This document shows positions 1 to 9,489 of a DNA stretch of 39,230 nucleotides, piece by piece (position 1 is the stretch's first letter; every line of letters begins with the position of its first letter). Position numbers and translations under genes: made by a program. This DNA comes from Histomonas meleagridis 2922-C6/04-290x (lineage: Eukaryota; Protista; Parabasalia). The stretch is from positions 1 to 39,230 of the forward strand of contig JAANOX010000173.1 of NCBI GenBank assembly GCA_020184695.1. Direction: 5' to 3'. Under the pieces are notes generated by a model, which searched no databases, was not told where the DNA came from, and saw only the letters and a list, made by a program, of their open reading frames with translations.

Positions 1-999
1 TATGCTGGGGTGGGGAGCTGGTCAAAAGAGGTATAAATCCGACGTTTGTCTGATTTGTTATGTAATAATTCTGAGAGCTATTGATGTGATCGATACACCG
101 CTGATATGCTGTCAACATTGGGTTGTTTGACGTGACAACTTCGTGTCGTCGTTGTTGAGAGGATTTCTGTGTGGTTCCCGGCCAGAGCCCTGTGTATTAG
201 AAAGTATGGAAAAGAGAATAAGGGCATTTTACGTTGTGTGGAGTAAATGAGGGAAGACCCCGAAATAGATAACGTCGATGCGTTGTTGGATACAATGAAT
301 TGTCGTGCGAGTGTACAGAAAGAAGAGATATAGAGCCTAATTTTAGCTTTTAATATGTTATTTTAAATGAAATTTCATTTTATTTTGTGTTTTATTATGA
401 TGACATTTCTAAAAACTTAAAATAGCTTTTGACTTTAACTGCAGTTTCCAAATTATTAAAATATATTTCAAATTATTAAAATAAATTCCATAATATTAAA
501 ACATATATAAATAAATGCTATTAAAATAAATAGTTTTTGAATCTTCGATCAAATCGGTTTAAACCTATAAAAGATAACATATATTTTTATTAGTGCATAC
601 CTTCCCAAATAGAGTCACATCTATTTCCAATTAGTGTTCACGGATTGGGTGTTTTTGCTCTTTTATATTTTTATAAGTATCGAAATTTTAGATATTTTAT
701 CTCTCACATAAAAATAAGTCTCTCTCATATATTGAAATTTTGGATCTTAATGATATATATGATCTCATTAAATTAGAAATTCATGGAGACCGTAAATGGT
801 TCTTTTGCACAACTTCCCATAGTCAAAACGTTACAAAATTGAAAGAAGTTTGTTTGCGTTTAGGAAACACAAAATTACCCAAAAACATAAAGCAGTTAAA
901 ATGATTCACATGTTTACAAATTATTTGGAGAAAAATTGTGATTTTCTGTGGTTATTTGGGTTGGAGTTTGTTTGTTGTTTTCCGAAAAATGAACCAATA

Positions 1000-1548
1000 A
1001 AAATGAAAAATAGTTAAACTTATACCTAATAAAACCTGAATATGTCTTGTCATTGATGTTCTGAGTGGATAGCCAAAATCTTGCTGATCTACCACCAAGT
1101 TTCCCGCCATGCTTTCTGTAGTCATTACAGAATTTGTACACAAGCAGTACCTGTCCAGTTATGAGCGCTGGTTCAGGGTACAAATACTTATGGTCTGATG
1201 AAACTACGCCGAGGCCTATCGAAGTCACAGCTCCTCAATATATAATCTGGACCATTATCTCACTGGATTGATAAACTGATAGAAAAGCAAGCCATATTTC
1301 CTTCAACTATGTGGGGACCGTTCCCAGACAACTTTTTAACCATTGTAACTAACATAATGAAGAGACTCTTTAGGGTTTACGCCCACATATATTACCATCA
1401 TCTCCAACATTTCAAAGCCCTTAGAACAGAGAAACACCTCAACACTTCGTTCAAGCACTTTATATTGTTTGCGCATGAGTTCAATTTGATTTCTCCCGAT
1501 CAATTAGATCCTTTGAAGGATTTGATTGATAACTTGTTACGCTCGTAA
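1000..1548 (+). pseudogene. MOB1: MOB1/phocein-family kinase activator, frameshifted (pseudogene or unpolished sequence)
   Basis: Clear MOB1 motifs are split across frames: EWIA (1063), ITEF, TCPVMSAG..YKYLW, APQYI, (W)IDKLIEKQAIFPS, then the ORF at 1309-1548 PFPDNFLTIVTNIMKRLFRVYAHIYYHH...HLNTSFKHF. At least 4 single-base indels lie 5' of 1309. The start is not resolvable. Confidence 0.8.
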
Positions 1549-1609
1549 TGTATATAAATAATATTTCACTCTTGATAATGTGTTAGAATTGGTAATGGTA
1601 AACAGATTT

Positions 1610-2092
1610 TCACCATTGGGAATATTCTTCAATATCATCAACAAACCCATCTATAGCTGAGTCTATGTCGAATTTTTTCTTTTGTTTTAATGGTTTCACT
1701 TGTAAAGCAGTGGAAATACTTGGAGATATATTTGGATTTCTTGGTTTGAATGGTTTTGTTGGCACTTCAATTTGTTTATATGGTTGCTTGTTAGATTTAG
1801 GTTTTGTGTAAGTGCCAGTATTTTTTGGTGGAATGGAAATTTGGGATGTTTCATATTGATGAGGTCTTGATATAAAGCTAACAGTTTTTTCTTGATCATC
1901 ATTGTAATCATTAAAGTGATAACTCGAAAAAGAGTTTGAAGGGTCAAATGCCCTTCGAGCAAATTTGTCCAATTGTTTTCGTTCAAGATTCAATTCATCA
2001 AAATTCCATCTTGTTTTATTTGTTTTGTAGGTTGCGTGGTGCAAATCATTATCTAATGCACACTGTGAAAAATATTTCGTTTGATTGTTCAT
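1610..2092 (-). CDS. Hypothetical protein (~160 aa, Pro/Lys-rich centre, acidic C-terminus)
   Basis: ATG-initiated ORF with coding-like composition, flanked by AT-rich spacers. An alternative ATG lies at 2098. No family recognised. Confidence 0.65.
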   Translation of the reverse strand: MNNQTKYFSQCALDNDLHHATYKTNKTRWNFDELNLERKQLDKFARRAFDPSNSFSSYHFNDYNDDQEKTVSFISRPHQYETSQISIPPKNTGTYTKPKSNKQPYKQIEVPTKPFKPRNPNISPSISTALQVKPLKQKKKFDIDSAIDGFVDDIEEYSQW

Positions 2093-2944
2093 TCGCATAA
2101 TTTTTAAACGTAATTTGATACATAAACCGACGACGATACTGTTTTTATATTGAAAAGTGCCATTTTTCTGTCTCTGCCTGTTGCCATCTTTGAATAACGA
2201 AAAGTAATGGAAAATTTTTCAAAATTCGAATTTTCTTCAAAAATTTATATATAAAATATTCATAAATATTTTTTCTCCTCTTAGGTTTAAGCTTAATCAA
2301 TTTCTTGATTTTCATTAATTAATAAACAATATTCTTGTGATTTTTAATGAATATGCATATCGGTTCTAACCTAAATAATTTTTCCACTACTGTAATATCA
2401 ATTACTTTCTATTCTTAAAAGAATTTTTACTCAAATGAGTACTGTATCATATTTTATATAATTTTCGATAAATATTCGTATATCAAATTAATAGAATAAA
2501 TATCAGTAGTATTGATTTTTTTTTAACTTTCTCTCATAATAAAATTTCATAAATTTGATTCCAAACACCAAACACCCGATTTTTCTATAAAATATAGTCA
2601 TTTAAATGAAATTTGATGAATGTTTTTCATGCATCTTCGAATGATGAATGATATTATTTATATTAATGAATAATTTCTTCATTCCCTTTCAATAAATTGA
2701 TTTTTTACATGTATTTCCACATTTGCAACATTCATAAGTGAATATTCATAACATTTAATTTACCCAGAAGGTTCTCATCGATCAATTAATGAAATATTTC
2801 ATTTTTGGTTAATACACACCATAAAAAGAATATGAATGCTTAAATAATAATATAAACATCTTCCACAAAAAAACAAGTGCAGCTCATACATTCTTTATAT
2901 ATCAAAGAAAATGTTATTGTTAAAATATTTGTTTCACAATATTT

Positions 2945-3847
2945 TTAGTTTTGTTTTTCAGAAAACGCAGTTGTTAACTGTTTCCAAATTTCATCAGAGC
3001 GATTAATTGGCCATTCCACGTTAAATTCGATATATAAATTTCCTTTTCCAACAATTTCATTATGTACGTCATCCCAAATCGGCACGCCTTCACCATTAAC
3101 GCAAATCTTATATCCAGGAGCAGCAATATCGGTCAAATGCAATGGTAAAACTCTTCCGTCCATTAATGGAACTTTAAACTTTTTACCAATCAATGCTTCG
3201 ACAAGTGTAATGTTCTGTGTGAAAACAAGATCATTCCCATAACGGGAATATAACAAATGTGGCTGCATGGATATAGTTACTATGGCATCAGCTGGTTTGG
3301 AGTCTTTTTGATCTGCATGTCCAAGATTTGGAAAGATGATTTGCGTTCCTTCAATCATTCCAGGATGTATTTCACACGCTAACTGAACTTCTTCGGTTTG
3401 GCCATCAGGTAGACGTCGAACTCCTGAAGCCATACGTGTATGACCATAAACAAAATCTGATAATGGTGCTGATAACTCAATTAATAATGGCTCATTTGGT
3501 ATGGGTGGATTTGGCTTAGTTAATCGTGCAAATTCAGTGGCATTTCGAGAAGGAAGAAGATAATCATATGGATTTGATGAACCAAAGAAATTGAAAAAAA
3601 CAGTTTCTGGATCTGTAGGTTTCCATCGAAGATCTTCTAGACCTTTACGTCCAAATTGATCGTAAGCAGCACGAAGTTTTAGATCGTTAAGAATTTCAAA
3701 TGCTTCTGAATACTCAGCAAAAAGACGTGGAGCCTCATCTGATTTGTTTCTATCTGGATGATATTTGATGGCGAATTTACGGTACGCGTTATTGATTTCT
3801 TCTCTTGTTGCATTTGGAGTAATTTTAAGAAGGTTATATGGGTTCAT
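2945..3847 (-). CDS. Class II DnaJ/Hsp40 (J domain + DnaJ_C, no Zn finger), DNAJB13/RSP16-like
   Basis: HPD motif (KYHPDRNK), J-domain helices, short FFGSSNPYD linker, C-terminal ITLVEALIG and GEGVP..GNLYIEFNVEWP. Likely ATG at 3847 (MNPYNLLK), 300 aa. Confidence 0.9.
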   Translation of the reverse strand: MNPYNLLKITPNATREEINNAYRKFAIKYHPDRNKSDEAPRLFAEYSEAFEILNDLKLRAAYDQFGRKGLEDLRWKPTDPETVFFNFFGSSNPYDYLLPSRNATEFARLTKPNPPIPNEPLLIELSAPLSDFVYGHTRMASGVRRLPDGQTEEVQLACEIHPGMIEGTQIIFPNLGHADQKDSKPADAIVTISMQPHLLYSRYGNDLVFTQNITLVEALIGKKFKVPLMDGRVLPLHLTDIAAPGYKICVNGEGVPIWDDVHNEIVGKGNLYIEFNVEWPINRSDEIWKQLTTAFSEKQN

Positions 3848-3928
3848 TTTGGAATGGATAACGTATTTGTTTTTTTCACAACAATTGTTAAAATAATTCA
3901 CAAGAAACTCGTTATTTGTTGTTCGAGT

Positions 3929-6706
3929 ATGTGTGATACATCTGTTTTAAAAGATAAAATACGTACACATATATATCTTAACACAATAGATACAAAGGAA
4001 TGGTTTATGGATTTTGATAGACTTAGAATAGGAAAAATATCAATTCCACAATTTCGAAGATGTTTTGAATCTATTAAATTTCCATTAACTGATAATGAAT
4101 TTGGTTCTCTTTGCAAAGAATATGAAAAAGATGGAATGATAAATTATTTAGCTTTTTGTGACGAAATTGAAAACATATTTACAAATAAAAATCTAATTCA
4201 TGATCCACATGCAACAACTGTAGATCCACATGCATTTACAATTAGAACACAAAATCAAGAAAAAGATGGAAATAATAACTTTAATAAATTAATTTCAAAA
4301 TTAGCACACCAAGTTCAAACAAGAGGAATTCATTTAAGGGAATGTTATATGGATTTTGATACTCATAATTGTGGAATGGTAACACAACCACAATTTTTAA
4401 GAGCTCTTCCATTCAAAGATTTATCTAATGAAGAGAAGCAAGCTCTAATCCAATTCTATGAAGACCCAACTTTACATGATGTCAACTACAAACGTTTAAT
4501 GTATGATATTAATCAATTCATTAATAATAAAACTAAAAATAATAACAATACCAATACTATCAATGGATTAATGCCACATCAACTTCAATCAATCAAACCC
4601 AAGCAAATGCCCAATTCAGATGTTATTCATCGTTTTGCAGAATATGTAAAAGAACGTCGAATTCGGATTCGTGAATTTTTCCAATCTAATGATAATCTTC
4701 ATCTTGGTTATATCCTTGGAGATAAGTTTAAGTCTACACTTACTCTTTTTGGTTTTTATTTCACTTCTGATGAGATTGATTTCATATATGATAAATACAA
4801 ATTTATAAAAGACCATACTGAATATGCCAAATATCAAGAATTCTGTTCTTCCATTGATCAAATTAATGATAATCAAAATACACAGCCCCAGAGCAGAACC
4901 ATTGTACCTCAGTCTCCTCAATTAGACGCCATTATTCAAAAAGTTCGAACCGCAATTAACCGCTCGCGCATTAACGTCCTCCCGACCTTCCAAGGATTTG
5001 ATCATCAAAATCATGGATTTATTACAGGGCCACAATTTCATCGTGCCTTAACAATTCTTCAACTCCCCATTAGTGTTTCAGATCTTAACGTTTTAGTCAA
5101 TTCTTATGGTAATGAGAATGATGTTGATTATTTCAAATTTATTGAAGATGTTGATCCAACGCATAATCAATCACGTCGAGTATATCGACCACTTTATACT
5201 GACAAGACTTCTATTGAACAAGTATATGGATATACTCCAAAAGGTGATCGATTTGTTACGCAAGAAGAAGCAGATGAAATGATCTATAAATCAAAGCGAG
5301 GCTTAATCAAGAAAGTTGATGAACATAAAGACATAACATCATTACTTGCAGACATTCGACGTTGGAGTCTTATTAACTCAGTTATGTTCCATGATTTCCT
5401 TGAACCATTTGATCATTATAATTGCGGCGAGATTACAATTGATCAATTTAATAGCGGAATGACATTATCCACTTATAGACTTAGTGAATCCGAATTCCAA
5501 TGTATTGTTGATAATTATTCATCTAAAACAAATCCGGGATATATTAAATGGCGACAATTTGCAGATGATATTAGTTCAGCGATAGTTTCTAAAGATTTAG
5601 AAAAGAATCCAAACGAAAATCCAATGAATCCACATGAAACAATCATGAAAAACACATCGAATATAAGGAATATTAACATCAAAGATATACCACAAAATGT
5701 ATATCGGATTCTTGAAGTTATTTCAAGATATGTTAAATCAAGAAGGTTATCATTAATTGATCAATTTAAAGATAAAGATAAATTAAATCATAAAGTTGTT
5801 ACATCTAATGCATTTGCTCAAGTACTTCAATTAATTGGATTTCATATCTCTAAATCTGATATTGATTTACTCTCCAATTTTTACGTCGATCCTAATACTA
5901 AATATATTGATTATTATTCATTTGTTTTAGACATCAATAAAATTACTGAAAACATTTTCGGTAAAAATGAAAACGCTTCGAATTCTATTGTATATAAACC
6001 TATATCAATGTATGGGAATCAAGATTCTCAATACATTATAACATTAGATCCCAATAATAGTAATAATAAAAATAATAGTAATAATAATTGGGATGAAATT
6101 TGTTCAAAGTTACAAACTTATGTATATAAAAGAAGAATTAAATTAGAAGACTTTTTTTCGATGTTCGATTCACATAATAATGGAACAGTTTCGAAACAAA
6201 AGTTTCGAACTGTTGTCGGACAAGTTAATTTACCTTTAAATAATGAACAAATCGAATTCATTTTAAATTATTTCCCTGTCGAAAATACAAATGATTTGTT
6301 TAATTATAAATCGTTTTGTAAAAAGATTAACGAAGTGTTTTACGTCTCAAATATGAATAAAAAACCTTTGGATTCCGGAGTAACTAAAACATTTGTGTTG
6401 CCTGATCCTTCATTAACATTACAAAAACTAAATGATAATGAAGAATCAAAAGTTAACACAATAATACAAAGAATGAAAAAATTGGTAATTTCAAGAAGAA
6501 TGAATATAAAGGAACAGTTCGAAGATTATGATAAAAACCCAAGAAAAGGCTTCATAACAAAACAACAATTTAAACAATCAATTACAAGATTGGGATTATG
6601 TAATAACGTTAATGAATTGGATTTGTTATGTAGAAAATTTAAATGTACTGAGTTGGATGACGTAAATTATAACGCATTCTGTAATGAGATCGATCCTGAA
6701 TTGTAA
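3929..6706 (+). CDS. Multi-EF-hand repeat protein (EFCAB6-like, ~925 aa)
   Basis: Eight recurring modules FD....G.(I/V)(T/S)..QF, e.g. DFDRLRIGKISIPQF, DFDTHNCGMVTQPQF, GFDHQNHGFITGPQF, MFDSHNNGTVSKQKF, DYDKNPRKGFITKQQF. The likely start is ATG 3929; the ORF-track extension overlaps DnaJ antisense. Confidence 0.85.
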   Translation: MCDTSVLKDKIRTHIYLNTIDTKEWFMDFDRLRIGKISIPQFRRCFESIKFPLTDNEFGSLCKEYEKDGMINYLAFCDEIENIFTNKNLIHDPHATTVDPHAFTIRTQNQEKDGNNNFNKLISKLAHQVQTRGIHLRECYMDFDTHNCGMVTQPQFLRALPFKDLSNEEKQALIQFYEDPTLHDVNYKRLMYDINQFINNKTKNNNNTNTINGLMPHQLQSIKPKQMPNSDVIHRFAEYVKERRIRIREFFQSNDNLHLGYILGDKFKSTLTLFGFYFTSDEIDFIYDKYKFIKDHTEYAKYQEFCSSIDQINDNQNTQPQSRTIVPQSPQLDAIIQKVRTAINRSRINVLPTFQGFDHQNHGFITGPQFHRALTILQLPISVSDLNVLVNSYGNENDVDYFKFIEDVDPTHNQSRRVYRPLYTDKTSIEQVYGYTPKGDRFVTQEEADEMIYKSKRGLIKKVDEHKDITSLLADIRRWSLINSVMFHDFLEPFDHYNCGEITIDQFNSGMTLSTYRLSESEFQCIVDNYSSKTNPGYIKWRQFADDISSAIVSKDLEKNPNENPMNPHETIMKNTSNIRNINIKDIPQNVYRILEVISRYVKSRRLSLIDQFKDKDKLNHKVVTSNAFAQVLQLIGFHISKSDIDLLSNFYVDPNTKYIDYYSFVLDINKITENIFGKNENASNSIVYKPISMYGNQDSQYIITLDPNNSNNKNNSNNNWDEICSKLQTYVYKRRIKLEDFFSMFDSHNNGTVSKQKFRTVVGQVNLPLNNEQIEFILNYFPVENTNDLFNYKSFCKKINEVFYVSNMNKKPLDSGVTKTFVLPDPSLTLQKLNDNEESKVNTIIQRMKKLVISRRMNIKEQFEDYDKNPRKGFITKQQFKQSITRLGLCNNVNELDLLCRKFKCTELDDVNYNAFCNEIDPEL

Positions 6707-7053
6707 TTAATAAAAAATAAAACGTATAACGAATTTTTTATGAAGTAAAAGTTTTTATTTGTGATGAATCTATCAAAACAAATGGCACATAGAATGAAAT
6801 TTAAAATATATCAGAACTATCAGGTTTTTCATAACATAATTTTGATTTAATATTCCTATAAAAAAAGTAGAGAAAGAATGGAAAGAAATGCCCACTTTCA
6901 CAAACCAAAGATAATTATCTACTTTCAAAAATTGAAAAGATTACCCCAATACAATTGAAAATTCAGTACTGATACATACTTTACAATTTTCAAAATACAC
7001 TTTTTGTGAGGAAAAATGGAGAACAAAAATTTCTCATGAGAAGAGAAAGATTA

Positions 7054-7686
7054 ATGGATCAATTACCTCTTGAAGAATTTAGCCAACCAAAATTATCAAG
7101 TGAACACAACAATCCACTTGAAGAATTTCTATTGAAAGAAAATATTTCTAAAATGGGGAAAAAAAAGAAACATCAGAATCAAAAAATCACAATAACAATT
7201 AAATGTCATATCCCAGATAAAAAAAATCCGGAAAAGTTAGTGGGGTTATCACATACCAAAACATGTTATTCATCTGATAGTATTGAAAATGTAAAAAGAG
7301 AATTTTTGGAAGATTATCCCCAAATTCCTGTTGACAGAGAATATTACCTTGGTTACAACCAACTTTTGTTCCGTTTTGGAACACTTGATGAATGCGGAAT
7401 TACTCAAGATAAATGTATTGAATTATATTCACCCAAAAAAAATGCACACGTTAATCATAATGAAGGTGTCAAATGCATCACATGGTCTATAATTCCATTA
7501 GTTGTTGGAATAGCCTCATTAATTTATACATTTACCACAACAAATGTATCAAATCAGTATCAAGCATTAGCTATGTTAATCGGTTTAGCGTGCGTTTTAC
7601 CATCATTGTTATGCATTTTCTTAGGATTGATATTGCTTCCTGATTTTAATATGCCTTGTTATTTCACTGGATCACAATGGTTTTAA
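7054..7686 (+). CDS. Putative ubiquitin-like-domain protein with two C-terminal transmembrane helices
   Basis: The segment ITITIKCHIP...SSDSIENVKREF...YYLGYNQLL...GTLDECGITQDKCIELY resembles a beta-grasp UBL. It is followed by two hydrophobic helices (WSIIPLVVGIASLIYTF; ALAMLIGLACVLPSLLCIFLGLILL). The start is uncertain (7036, 7054 or 7153). Confidence 0.6.
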   Translation: MDQLPLEEFSQPKLSSEHNNPLEEFLLKENISKMGKKKKHQNQKITITIKCHIPDKKNPEKLVGLSHTKTCYSSDSIENVKREFLEDYPQIPVDREYYLGYNQLLFRFGTLDECGITQDKCIELYSPKKNAHVNHNEGVKCITWSIIPLVVGIASLIYTFTTTNVSNQYQALAMLIGLACVLPSLLCIFLGLILLPDFNMPCYFTGSQWF

Positions 7687-8363
7687 AATATATTACTTAT
7701 TATAAACAAATGTTTGTTTCATATTATATTGTATAATGTAAATTAAACATTCGATGCATTTATTTTTTGAATCAAGAAAAAGTTAAACTAAGTTAATGAT
7801 TGGCTCAAAACTTAGATTTTATGGAAAACTTTTTTTTGTGAAAAACAAATCAATAGGAAAATTTTTGAAAAATAATACATGTTATTCAATGGTTTTGTGA
7901 AAGAAACTGGTGTGAGTGAATTTAATGGTTTAAGGCTTGGGATATATTTGATTCTTTAAAATTCTTAAACGTAAACTAAAATCATGAATCATTGAAAGAA
8001 TGATCTATCATAAAGAAACAAGACAGGCAAAGATTTTGTAAACCTTCAATTACATTTACGTTCTCAGTAATGATTTATTTCTTAAATATTCAATAATATA
8101 TTATGATCAAACAGTAAAAATAATTTTATCGTGGTGTTAAATTTTAAGTTTATTTTAGAGGGTTGTATCGTTAATTAATAACGGATATCATTCAAAAAGC
8201 TACCCAAATTTGCTACAAAAGTTCTGGGTCACTCTATAAATTGAATCAACTACCAAAATTCCTATTGAAATAACAAGCAACCTCATAAAAAGTTAAATTA
8301 TTCTGTTTTACAAAATTGACTACTTTACTCGCGATCCGAAGATTTTAAAAGGTCAAGCGCCTG

Positions 8364-9296
8364 ATGAATGATTATGATACCACCAAGCTAAAGGAGGTAT
8401 CTACCAAAAAGCCTTCTTTGCTTGGGCTCTTACAGATTGAAAACATTGCAACTCCAAGGAAATTATTTCGAGCATTTTTTACAAAACGCTCATTGATCTG
8501 CTTTTCCTGGATTTTTATAGCAATATATATCATGAACATATTCAACGCCTTTGCTTACAGCCGTATGCAAGTCGAAAGATCACTTCCTGACTTGGTTACA
8601 GATTCATTCAAAAAATATGGCCGTTACAGAGGCTCTACTTCATACATGAACCATCAACCAGCCGATTTAGTTTCCATTGTTGTAACAACACTTGCAATTG
8701 TATTTAGTGTTTTCCGATGGGATCTTGTAAATCTCCCAAAATTTGTCTGCGTTTACGCAGTTTCATTACATTTAAGAACTATTTTATTCTCAGTAACAGT
8801 TCTTCCTCCCGTATGCATTGGTTATAACAACTGCAAATGTCAATCAATACCATACGCAAATCTTTCAAGTAATTATTCAATTCCCAAAATCGCATTGATA
8901 TATACATTTGCCATGGGACTCTTTCTTAACGAAGTTCCACAGTGTGGTGATTTAACAATGTCTGGACATACTGTATATATTTGGGCACTGATAAGATATC
9001 TTTTTGAGATTTTGGACAAAATCTTCTGCGGGAAAATATATAAAACCATCAAAATTGTTGTTTATTCTACTGTTTGTTTGGTTTTGGTCACAATTGTAAT
9101 GATACGTAATCATTACACTATAGACATAATTCTTGGCTCAGTCTTTACAAATGCTATCTGGGAACTATATTCCAAGCTCCAAATCGTCCGATCATTTGAT
9201 CATCAATTTTCAAGCTCATTTCTCGGCAAATTCATAAATTGGATGGAAAAGGGGAGGAAAGAGGTCATTAGCGAGGTCAACTCTCCGGAAGCATAA
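8364..9296 (+). CDS. Sphingomyelin/IPC-synthase family phosphotransferase (PAP2_C)
   Basis: Catalytic motifs CGDLTMSGHT and RNHYTIDI, LPD motif, about 6 hydrophobic helices. Confidence 0.9.
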   Translation: MNDYDTTKLKEVSTKKPSLLGLLQIENIATPRKLFRAFFTKRSLICFSWIFIAIYIMNIFNAFAYSRMQVERSLPDLVTDSFKKYGRYRGSTSYMNHQPADLVSIVVTTLAIVFSVFRWDLVNLPKFVCVYAVSLHLRTILFSVTVLPPVCIGYNNCKCQSIPYANLSSNYSIPKIALIYTFAMGLFLNEVPQCGDLTMSGHTVYIWALIRYLFEILDKIFCGKIYKTIKIVVYSTVCLVLVTIVMIRNHYTIDIILGSVFTNAIWELYSKLQIVRSFDHQFSSSFLGKFINWMEKGRKEVISEVNSPEA

Positions 9297-9489
9297 ATTT
9301 GTTTTTGTTATTTTATACACTCGAAATAAATCTTCTTTCAGGTTATTCTTTATTTGTTATCTACAAGTAATTTCCCTTATAAGTTCTTGTGACTAAAACT
9401 AATTTTTATATTTCTGCAACGGGTTTGCAACCCGTCTTTGGTCGTTATAAATCAGTGTAAAATTTAACAGAGACTGTGAATTTCATTAC

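Noticed and set aside
822-837. 15-mer TCAAAACGTTACAAA shared (inverted) with 35319-35333
   Set aside because: The match does not extend, and such matches are expected by chance in AT-rich sequence of this length.
3758-3928. Overlap between DnaJ and EF-hand ORFs as drawn in the ORF track
   Set aside because: This is an artefact of upstream alternative starts. With ATG 3847 and ATG 3929 the genes do not overlap.
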